A DNA stretch of 64,000 nucleotides. Source: Cladosporium halotolerans. Taxonomy: Eukaryota. The position numbers and the translations under genes were made by a program. The notes beneath the pieces are model-generated. The model was not told where the DNA came from. It did not search any database and saw only the letters and a program-made list of their open reading frames with translations. Numbering within the stretch: position 1 is the stretch's first letter; every line of letters begins with the position of its first letter. Below are positions 11,590-22,743 of this stretch, in pieces. Location of the stretch: positions 62,001 to 126,000 of the forward strand of contig NW_027191453.1 of assembly GCF_011745625.1 (NCBI RefSeq), written 5' to 3'.

Positions 11590-14500
11590 ATGTCTGGGGA
11601 CTATATCGCGCCATCCGCCGTCGCGGGCAGAAGCTCGTTCCGTTACAGGACCGAGGGCAGCAGAGAGCGAGAGGCTCTTCGGTGCGCCTGCTGCGGTCCG
11701 CGATGTTGGCCAGATTCGCTAACCAGGCCACAGCTATCTGCACTCGTGGATCGAGCTCTACAAACCGCCCTACATCCGCCGCAATGCATTTCCCACCGCC
11801 CACTCTATGCCAGTGCCGTCAGCATGCCACGATACTGCCCTCGCCGCATTTGCGCAATTAGCCACCCTCCGCCTTGGCGCTCGCAGAGCATTCATCACGA
11901 TCCTTTCCACGCACACAGAACACGTCTTAGTCGAATCTACGCGATCGATGTCTTTGCAATCCGACTTTGTCGCAGACTCCAAAGATGAAAGCTGGCTGGG
12001 AACATGTTGTTTCCCAAGGACAGATGGAATAAACGACATGACTCTGGACTCGTGGCGCAAAGCACGTTCTCCAAGGCAAGCGCCCGAGGACCAAGATTTC
12101 TACTATACTGAGGGTGTTTCAGAGCATTGGCATATAGTCAGCGATTTGAGACTTCACTCAAATGCGGCGCAGCGTGCGTTCGTTCAACGGGCGCCTTCAC
12201 CGCGGTTCTACTTCTCAATACCTTTGCGCGATCAAGAGGGAACTGTCATCGGTAGTTTGTCCATCCTAGACGACAGACCCAGGTATGGAATTAGTGCAAC
12301 AGAAATGTCATACTGCGAAGACTTAAGCGACACCATAACACAGCACCTTCAAAGTTCTATTTTCAGGTCTCAGAGACAGCGTAGCGAACGACTCATCCAA
12401 GCTCTGGGCGTTTTCAACAACGGTGGAACTTCACTCCGAGACTGGTGGATCGGTCAAGACAGCTCGAGCATGAGCAGGGGCGGTCGTCAGGAGAGAGACA
12501 GGACGGAGGGAGAAAAGGACTCCAGGTTCGATTCTGAGTTCGGAAAGGAAGAGAGCCCACCTTCCCACGAAACAGCGTCGAGGTATGGGGCATCGCGTAC
12601 CCCCGATCAGCACCACAAATCGGCTCGATCAGCTGGCGAGGAAAACAAGCAAGCAGAGAACGAGCGCATGGTGAATGGCGTTGCTGGTGAGGACTTCAGT
12701 CGTCCTACTAATACTGCATCAAACGCGGCTCCCACAAATGATGATGGTGGAGCATCGTCAGATGATGCTGACACCATGTCTTCACGTTCTGGAAAGAGCG
12801 AGAAGGGCGCGCGGGCCTTTGACTTGACCAGCCAAATAGACCAAGCGTACAGCCGCGCAAGCAAACTCCTGCGTGAATCATTAGGTGCTTCAGGGGTGGC
12901 ATTCGTCGATGCAAATACCCTCTCATCGAATCGATTGAACGATCAGCTCACCTCATCGGGATCATCTGATGACAATCGAGCGCTCCCAAGTAGTGACACG
13001 GATCACTCCGATAGCTCGAATTCGCTATACAAAAAATGCAAGCTTGCCGCAATTACAACGCAAGCCCGATCTGACGGAGGACGTTCCGCCTCATTCGAGC
13101 TTTCCGAGAAAGACTTGGCCAGAATGATCAAGTCTGGAGCCAAAGTGTTTTCGTTCATGGAAGATGGAAGCGCTTATTCTGGATCAGAAGGGAGTGCAGG
13201 CTCAGGTGCTTCGAGTGAGGCTATCTCTGCGGATGACGGATCTAAGCCGCGAATTCAGGCAAAACGTAACCGGAACGCTCGCAAGCTCAGGAAGGCGGTG
13301 GGCGATGCTGGTTCCATTGCTTTTTATCCTATTTGGGATGTAGGTCTCATTTCATCACGCATTAATTGGCCGCACAGACTCTAACCACTCTCAAGGACAA
13401 TCGGGGACGCTGGAGGGCCGCCCTCGTTGTATGGACCACATCCAACGGTCGATTTTTCCATCCGGAAGAAGACATCACCTACTTGTCAGCATTCAGTCAC
13501 AGTTTACGAGCAGAACTTGCACGAATTGAAACAATGGCGTCGGACATCGCTAAAGGGAAGTTTATATCATCCGTCAGCCATGAGCTTCGTAGCCCTCTTC
13601 ACGGCATCCTGGCTGGGATTGAACTCATCCAGGATTCCCAATTGACTGCTTTCCAATCAGAGATGGCTTCTTCGGTGGCGCTTGCCGGGAGAACTCTCCT
13701 CGACACGTAAAATTTTCTCATCATTCTCAATTGGCATAGCTAATTCTCGTTAGGGTTGATCACATCCTGGACTACAGCAAGATTAGCAATCTATCTCGTG
13801 GGCAGAAGAAGGATCGGGCAAGAATTGATGCAATGAGGCATAAGTCCACCGAAAGCATAACTGGCAGCGGCTTGATCAACGTCGACCTTGCATGCCTTAC
13901 GGAAGAGTATGGTTCCACGAATTTACGATGAATGCATTTGCATCAATCTAACTTCGCACAGAGTGACTGAGAGTACCGTCTCCAGTTTTCGTCATCTGAA
14001 AAGGCTTGCGAGAGACGCAGAGTCTCCTGATGAGTCTGACGACCACGCCGTGTCGGTGGCACTTGAGATTCAAAACCGCGAGACTTGGAAGACTCCAATG
14101 ACGCCTGGCATCATGACAAGGCTTATCTCTAACATCCTAGGTGAGAACAGACCTTGTGAAAAGCCTTTTCCGCCCGCTGACCACCCTCTCCATCTCAACA
14201 GGAAACGCACTGAAATACACCCAAAAGGGTGTCGTGTTGGTCAAGCTCTTCACCGATAATGAGATGAGTGAAGGCCAAAGTCCCGATCAGGGTGTCTTCG
14301 TGAATCTTCAGATTCAAGACACTGGAATTGGCATGTCAAGGCACTTCTTGGATTCTGATCTGTTTACGGCTTTCAGACAAGCAAATCCTCATGCCCCAGG
14401 GAGTGGTCTTGGCTTGAGCATCGTGAAAGAAGTGGCGAAAGAGCTGAATGCTTCGGTCACTACGAAAAGCGAGCTTGGAAAAGGCACCAGTATACTCGTC

Positions 14501-16020
14501 AGATTCCTGGCACACTTCAACAAGCAAGACACCCCTGAGTTCGATGCGAGAAGCCATCATGTGACGCAAACGACTTCGATCTCGCAAACTCACTTCCGCA
14601 TGCTGAACATGCGTACGCAGACACCGGACGTGCAGGCAACAGGTGCCAGCACTTTCGCTGAAAGCGTCCTCCGAACAGCATCACAATGGCTCCATTGCGA
14701 GATTTCTTTCTCGGACGACGTCTCGTCCTGCCCTCCAGGCACGGTCTGCGCGATTTCAGAGAAAGATCTCCTCATGATGTACGAGACAGACTCAACTGCT
14801 GTCGAGAGATTGATGTCAGATCTAGCTTCTGCAGGCGCTCAGATACTGGTGCTGTCACAGTCTGTAAATTCTGTGAAGCCAGCTTTCGACTTCGAGCGCT
14901 TTCCACTCAGACCTCTATACATCTACCAGCCGTAAGTTCACTCGACGCATTGCCTTGTGGTCCAGTTGCCACGACTTCGACAAAACACTTCGCTAACTAG
15001 TGTGCAGTATTGGCCCGCAGAAGCTGCTTCGTGTGATCAACAATGTCCAGGACTCCATTATGACGCGACAGCCGAACGATTATGCGACTCGAGCACTCAA
15101 TACGCCTCACATGATCAGAGGTGACTTAGGCCGACGTACGAGCGACGAAGATATCCTATCTCCTCTCAGCCCCAGATTTGCGCATCAGCCGGATACGTCA
15201 TCGAAGTCGCGCTCTGGTCGAACAAAATCAATGCCGGTCATCAATGAACCACTCGACAATTTTGAACAAAGCTCCGACGCAACAGACACTTCCGCTGTGA
15301 TGCCCTTGCGGACCCGACCCAAGTCGCCCATGAGGCCAGGACAAGTCGTGCTTTTAGTTGAAGACAACGATATCAACATGAGAGTAAGTCGAGGCTCCCG
15401 TCACCGAACCTTTCTTGGAACATTGTAGCGACTGGTACTACCATGACCAAGCTACTTGAGCCATTCTCATGCTTCTAACGCTGACTGTCATTCTTCCTTA
15501 GCTGCTATTGGCTCTCATGAAGAAGCTCAAGCTACCCTGTGAAAGCGCCGTCAACGGCCTCGAAGCACTCGAGAAATATCAAGCAGCACCGATGCAGTAT
15601 TTCCTGATTCTCATGGATATGGGTACGACTCCATTAGATTGCTCCCCTCACAGACTGTTCACTGACTCATGCCGCAGTATGCAATCCCTTTGGAAACGAT
15701 CATCCGGGCTCACTGGAATTGTGGCGGATGCTACATCCAGCTGGGTCGAGACTTCCTTTTTGTCGCCCCAAAATAAATGTTATATTGAAGCTGACTCACC
15801 ACACTAGAACATGCCGGTAATGGACGGGTTCGAAGCCACAAATAAAATTCGAGAACTAGAGCGCAAAGAGAAACTTCGCAAGGTCTATATCGCCGCCGTC
15901 ACCGGCGTCACGAACATGGAGTCGAAGCAAAGCGCCAAGAGCGCTGGCGTGGACAGATATGTCACAAAACCCATACGGATGAAGGACCTCACATCTTTGA
16001 TCGATGAGGTCAAGGAGTAA
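11590..16020 (+). CDS. Hybrid sensor histidine kinase (GAF-like - HisKA - HATPase - receiver), multi-exon
   Basis: H-box SVSHELRSPLHGI, N-box GNALKYT, G1 DTGIGM, G2 GSGLGLSIV, receiver LLVEDNDIN...LILMDMNMPVMDG...TKP. Introns approx. 11682-11733, 13340-13395, 13707-13753, 13907-13961, 14141-14201, 14932-15007, 15384-15501, 15622-15807 (nested); splicing gives one continuous frame. Confidence 0.93.
15622..15807 (+). other. Putative [D1,2] spliceosomal twin intron (stwintron) in the histidine kinase gene
   Basis: Internal intron 15623-15677 (GTACGA...ACTGAC...CAG); its removal joins G15622 to TATGC to create donor GTATGC of an external intron ending GCTGAC...TAG at 15807. Confidence 0.8.
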
Positions 16021-16627
16021 TGCTGGGGCGAAGCGATTGCTAGCGCACGACTGGATTACGCATGACAGTACACATGCCCCGGTGGCATCTGGTAGTAGTA
16101 CAGAAGATTTTCCGAACAACAGTTGGCTTGTAATGGCATTCGCCGCGTGTATTACGACCTTGTAACGATTATTTCACGGCGCAATGCTTCTCATAACAAG
16201 ACAATTTCAGATATCTAGCGGAGAAGGCGCTTCCCAACTTTTCTGAGAGAAGCGTGTTGATGGATAGAGTAGAGAGCTCTCTCTGCTCCCATGTGTACAC
16301 TATACACCAAATCGAATCGCGATCGAGTGGCAGTCGGTGTGTTGTAACGTCGGCTCGTTTGCCAAAAGATTCGATACTCAGAGGCTTAGGCTTGACTTCC
16401 TCTCGAAACATGGATCACATGAAATTTCGAAGAATAAGGAGTAAATTTTTGATTAACGTTATGCAAGTCTAATAGGTTGTACCTGGGTAGTATCAAAAAG
16501 CGGCCATCTTGTCCACATATACATAGCTTCTCCCTCCGCGCATCGAACTACCATTAGTGTTTCATGTTTGCCTTTACCACAAGCAGTCATTAGTCGTCAG
16601 CCAAGCGATCCGTGTGGGTTGCGCTCA

Positions 16628-18848
16628 TCACAACCCAGAATCGATTTGCTCGACCACATTGTCGCCGGTCCAAGCCGCCCAGTCACGGCAGGTCTGCGCA
16701 ACGGTCGACGGGAGCTTGATCTTCCGGATTTCTTCAGGGTACGAGAGGGCGTTCACGTAGAGGCCACCTGACATGTGCCATGCAACGTGACAATGGAAAG
16801 CTATGCACACGTTAGCATCATGACGTGTCTGTACCATTAGAATGCGTCGATGAAACTTACGCCAGACGCCAGGGTTGTCAGCCTCGATCTGCAGGACCAT
16901 ATACGCAGGTGTGCCATCGGGTTTGGCGCTGTGCAGAATGTGGACGTCACGGCGCTGAGGATTCTGGGGGTTGACGACATTGCCATCCCAAGTGCCATAG
17001 CCCTCTGCAAGCACATGCATGTTGTGACCGTGGTAGTGCATACTGCTACCGAGTCAGCTTTGATATGATGAGCCGGAGAGAAGGCTGAAACTTACGGGTG
17101 CGTGCCTGCATTGGCATGGTTGTACACGACAAGTCGAACGCTCGTTGCAGAGCCGAAGTTGAGGACGTTGTACTCGGGCTTGAAATCATCAAGGCGGCCG
17201 AGATTCGCTTCGAGCAGGATGGGATCGTTGTAGTTGGCGCGGAAGGTGCTGTTGTTCATGAACCAAAGCTTGTGCGTTCCGTTCGACTGGAAGGTAATAT
17301 CGATCTGCTTGGTCACGGCTGGGCTCGGGTCGGGAGTAATTCTGTAGTAAGGCACCGCCGCCGTGAGAGGATCGTTACTGCAGCTGTTGATCGCGGCGTC
17401 TGAGACAGCAGACTTCGTAGTTGGTATCGCAGACGTGTTCGCGTTCTGGTAGTAGATTGCTGCAACGGCCTCGGGAGAAATGCCGTCTAACAAATTGCAA
17501 CCACCTATAAAAGCGCTCTTACCAAGAGTAGATCGCATCCATACAGCGTCCGTCGGCTTGCCGGTAGCTTCGACGATGATGTCTGTTCGCTGGCCAATTC
17601 CAAGAGTGACGACGTCGACCTGATACGGAACAACGGGCACAAAGTCATTGGCAATGACCGTCATGACATGGTTGTCGATGCTGAACTTCTGCATTCCTTC
17701 CGCACCAGAGTTGATTAATCGGAGACGGTAGGTCTTGCCTGACTCGAACGAGAATTTGGAAACTCCCGCGTTGGGAGTGCAACTAGTGTCGTTGCTCTGG
17801 CATGGGTAGTTCATCTTGCCGTTGATTAGATTGTTCTGACTCATAGGTGGCGGCTTCTTTTCAGACTCGGGAGACATGACGTCCTTCACCAAGTCGTAAT
17901 AGTCGGCGTGGTACCAATCAGCCATCATGACAGGTCCGAGGTCGACGTCGTACTGGGCGTTGTCATGAGGGCCATGGATGATCATCGGGCCGAAGAGACC
18001 ACCAGCTGCTTGGGCGCTGTAGTGTGAGTGGTACCAAGATGTGCCGTAAAGGTCAGCACGGAATCTGTAGGTGAAGCTGCTTCCAGGTGCTATCGGACAC
18101 TGCATCACGGAAGGAACTCCATCAAGCCACTGTGTTTCTTTCTGCAGAAGCCCATGCCAATGAAGCGCAGTACCTTCTTGCATGGCGTTGTGCACAGTTA
18201 CTGAGATCCAGTCGCCCCAATTTGCTGTATCAAGTCAACGATGGTTCTGTCACATTGGAACATCGCCTCTCACCTTCGATTGTAGGCCCTGGGAAAGCAC
18301 CATTCACAACAATCGCGCTGCGATTGACACCGTCCGGTGATATGATCTTCTTGCTAATGGTGAAGTCGTATGAGCGCGTCATGCCGGTATGTGGAGGGTC
18401 TTTGTACGGATCGGTGTTCTCGCAAGTCCGAGGCCCCCATGGCCTGCCTTGAGGCAGAGGAGTACCATCGCCGCCGATCCATGGAGGCAATTTGTGTGCG
18501 CGAAAGGTACCCAGCTGTGACTCGCCATTTGTCTCATGCTGTGATAACTTCGGTCGCATGTCTGAGCCCCAAGGGAGCCATGCAGATCCATGACGGTACG
18601 CAGATGCACGTGGGCCACCATATGGTTCGGGAGGAGTCTCGATTTGGGTCGCTAGTCGATGTCAGTGACATCGTGGTGCATTTCGTGTGGTATTGCTTAC
18701 CATATGTATCTGTCGCAGGTGTGTTGCTGACCTTGTCTGTGGCATCGTAGGTGAAGTTCGATGCGGTTGAATTTGTTGTCGCGTAGACTGAGGAAGATGC
18801 AAATGTAGCGGCGAAAAGGGTAGCCGCTGTGAAGAAACGTCCAGCCAT
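16628..18848 (-). CDS. Secreted multicopper oxidase (ascomycete laccase), 5 exons
   Basis: Signal peptide MAGRFFTAATLFAATFASS; Cu motifs HWHG, WYHSH, HPMHYHGH, HCHVAWHMSGGL; C-terminal DSGL. Introns approx. 18652-18700, 18226-18273, 17043-17095, 16802-16860. Confidence 0.94.
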
Positions 18849-21468
18849 CGCGAAACCGATCGAGCGATAGGAAACACTCTAAGCTGATCGGACCCGGATC
18901 AATCTTTCAAAATGCCTGGCCGATTCGATCCAAGAAGACTAAGGGGTGTGGAGAGATTGCGAATGAGGAGACCATCGTTGGCGCGACATGATCAAGCCCT
19001 TATAGTCAGTCGTTCCGGTGCCTGATAGCGTCTGAACGATAAGGCTGACCAGCAACGGATCCAATCTGTTGATCGGCATAGCCGACATACGAGACGCAAA
19101 GACCGCCCAAGTCGCTCGCGCCGCATCAGGCGCCAGACAGGGACAAAATTGGAATATATCTTGCTGTCATACAAGCGAGTAGGATCGCTAAGCTCCTACG
19201 CTAGCGAAACGGCCAAACGGGGATTTAAAGGCTGTGCAACGAAAACGAGGCACGCCTGAATTGCATCCTGAGCGAGGAGTCCATGAGCTATGACTATGTT
19301 GGATCGACGGAGTCCATCCCATGGTGTCTTGAGCTTGCAGGAGCGACGACATTAGCGTTCCTTGGGTTCCGTAAAGGCGGGAGGTTTGTTTCCAAGCCAC
19401 GGTTCTTAAACCCAGAATGAATGGATGGGTCGTGCCATGAGGCGGCAGGTGGGTCTCATATGGGTAAGGCTGTGAAGGACATACTAAGCGCCCTGTCAGC
19501 AAGATTGCAATTGGCCATCTCCATATATCTCCGCTGAGCGGCTGCACCGCCCATGTTGGGCGCGTGAGATGAAGTCGGCGCAGCTGCATGCAAAATGCGT
19601 CAAAAAACTCTCCGACTGCAGCCCAGGCGCAAAGCTCGATTGATGACAGGGCTGTTGCACGGCATATCTCCGACACCATGCTTCTCGATCCAAGTGCAAC
19701 GTCGTACATGTGTATCCGAGGGCCCGGGAATGTGGTCTTCAAGCGAGCCATGATGCGCGAAATGTGGCGACGCTTGACGTCACGTGCGCTGGGGAGTCTG
19801 GGGAAGGGCAAGCGACCAGCGGCTTCCTCCTTGGACGTCAAGTTATTTTTAGCCCCATGGCTGATCAGCCCTCGACCACTATCCTGGCCGTCCTTCGCGG
19901 GATCTGCGCCGCCACCGCGCTGTTCCGTCTGCAGCCACAACGCTATTCCCTCTAGAGATCTTGCTATCACCGCTACTGGACCAGACAGCAGGTCACAAGC
20001 GCAGACAAGCGCGAACAAGCGAGACTATGGACCAGCGGTGTCCAGTCCCCGGGCGGATGCCCTGATTTTCTGATTTCTTCGGAACGCTGCCATCCCACCT
20101 GCAGCTCGTGCTTTTTTCATCGATGAGAGATCATCGCCAGGCGAACAAAGAACTGCAATCGATCTCTGCATTACTGTCTACTGTCACCACGCAAACGCTC
20201 TCTGGGCCTTGAGCACCACTTCAAAAACCATGACGCGCTTCTAGATATTGGCCAAACTGAACGTCGGTCTGCGGCTGATGTAGCCACCAGCATTCAAACA
20301 GCCTCCCGTTTTCGCCAGCTGCCGTGCGCATGGAGATTTTGGCAGTGGTTTCAGCGCTCGTATCCGCTCGCCCTGTCTGACGGATGAGGCTATCGCCAAA
20401 AAAGAGATTGGATGCGAATCCTCGCGCGATCACTCTGACCCTATAGCCAAGCCTCGTATTCCCATCGCGGTAGGAGTGGCACGTTTTCGTATTTGGCCGC
20501 CTTAAAGTAACTATCGGTCCTCGTTGCCTCCCAGCTTTGAAGCTGAATCAATGTCGTCATGGTCCTCGGGGGTGTGCCATCCAGTATATTGTCATGCTAA
20601 GCTGCCACTCGTGGCGGTGGCACTCTACTTGAACCCAATGGCAAGGCTGATACCAGCCCTCGTCTTCACGCGACGCGTGGAAGTCGACAAGTGCATCGTA
20701 CCAAACCTGAAAGCTCTGCAACTAATTCGTACATAGCATGCCTTAGCCCGACTCGCCTGGCTTTGCTCTGCGTGCGCCCAGCAACCTTTGGCAAACCGCA
20801 GGCCGATCTTGGCATAACGAAATCACGCGCTCTCAGGACACACAGTCAGCGTTTTGCTCGACATCATCGGACATTGCTCCAGATTCTGTTGGCAAAGAAG
20901 TAAGCAAGCCAAATTGAGGACGGACTGGTCGCCCAGGGCGAGATACATACAGTCTGTGGCTCGCGGCACACCAGTAAAAGCGTCACTGTCCAGACACGAG
21001 ATCATTGAATACGCCTCGCAGACTTTGCCTCGCAGACTTTTTCTACGCACCAAAGCATCCACGGAGGCGACCTGCTATCGGGGCTTCACCTAAGATCGAT
21101 GGTATCACGTTGTCGGTTTCCACGAGCCTTCGGAATGCGGGCTCTCTGAACAACAATTTGCTATCAAAACCCTAGGGCCGAGGGTAGTACGTTATTGTCT
21201 TCGAAATACTCCGGGAACGTGGGCTCTCCGAGTGAAAAAACTGATTATCAAAACTCAGAGTCGGAAGTAGCACATGACGATTCCTCCTTTAACCCCAGCG
21301 CGGTGGTCTTCCCAAGCTGCCATTTGTTTTCAAAAGCCGAAGATGAATGATCGCACGCCACTATTCCTCGCCGAATTCGAGAGCGTTGAGGCTACTTCAG
21401 CTATTGGTGCTGCCAACCCGCTCTTAACACAGCTCCCTCCTCTCATGTGCTCACACCTTGGCAGCCGT

Positions 21469-21825
21469 TCACATAACATGGCAACACAAAGATGCCGTTC
21501 CGTTGCCTCCGCGAGAATGGCGACAAGTGCAATACAGCTGGTTATCGGCGCACCGCGGACAAAGGGTGACGAAATCAGAAGGTGGAAAAGGCGGCCCTAT
21601 CGGTGCGTAAAGATCAGGGATTGTGGCTGGCCCACACCCGAGCGGATGTGCTGGGTGATTGGAAACTCTTGGTAAGCCTCTGAATCCGGCTGGTACAGCG
21701 GTTTTAGCTGGAGTCTTGGGATCGACGGTGGAGATCTTGATGTTCGACAATTTATCATTCGACTTTGTCTTTTTAGTATCAGTGGGATCGCTTGCAATCA
21801 ATGATTGAGCCAGGTGTAGATCCAT
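21469..21825 (-). CDS. Small hypothetical protein (118 aa) with Cys cluster and C-terminal CaaX-like CCHVM
   Basis: accATGg start at 21825; CPRC-x5-CTC motif; ends SLCCHVM-stop. Confidence 0.4.
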   Translation of the reverse strand: MDLHLAQSLIASDPTDTKKTKSNDKLSNIKISTVDPKTPAKTAVPAGFRGLPRVSNHPAHPLGCGPATIPDLYAPIGPPFPPSDFVTLCPRCADNQLYCTCRHSRGGNGTASLCCHVM

Positions 21826-22743
21826 GGTAATGAAGCGTTCAGAAGGCTGGTTGGCGATACACAAGGGCAACAATTTCGATGGAGTTAGACATGCGACCTT
21901 CGGGTACCACGAAAGCTATCGGAAATACTGATGTCGTGCAGGATATGAGCAGCTTGAGTCAATTGGTATGTATCATTCAATGGGGATAACGTCGTGTCAT
22001 GCTAAGTTTGACCCAGTGTTGACCGACGCGTCTCAGCACCGAGCCGTATCGTCATTAGGCAACCGCTTGAGGAGTATTCGGCAATCTCGCGATGCCCAAT
22101 GACCATGAAGCAGCTATCAGCAGTGACACACTCACAGTAGGGTGATAGCCAGTGAGACACTACTGCATATTGCAAACACAGCTAACTGACGAGAGCGCGT
22201 CTCAAGGTGCCATTCACAACAATGTGCTTAGGAAAAGTCAACATGTTGGTCAAACGACGCCTGAATAGAGTAAAAACGAAGTAATTTGTTTTTATCTCTT
22301 CACCTGTGAAGCTACTACCGGTCGTGTCACACTCATAATACGCGACATGCCATTGAGATACTGGCGTAGAATTGCCGATATAGCTGCTATGCATCTCACT
22401 GATGAGAGAGCGTGTTGAGCTGCTACCAGCGGCTATCACCATGCAAATTTCAAGTCTCGTGGCATGCTAGTGGCAGTCAGGAAGGGAGTATTTATACAAT
22501 GGCCAAAGCCTATACTACAGAAAATATGATGCTCGAACGCCGGCAGCCCATGCATATCATGCTTGTAAAACTCGTAAGCTTTACCGTGTATCACCTCTTT
22601 ATTAATCCATTCCAGACAGTCCTAGACACAACGAAGCTCCATCCATTCCAAGTCCACGTCCAATTGCAGCCGAGGAGTCTTTGTACCTTCATTTCGTATG
22701 CTCTTTGGTCACGGCGGGACTCATATCTCCGGAGATCTCTGAA

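Noticed and set aside
19188..20073. Overlapping 276-aa and 161-aa ORFs upstream of the laccase
   Set aside because: No domain motifs or codon bias; more likely the laccase promoter region.
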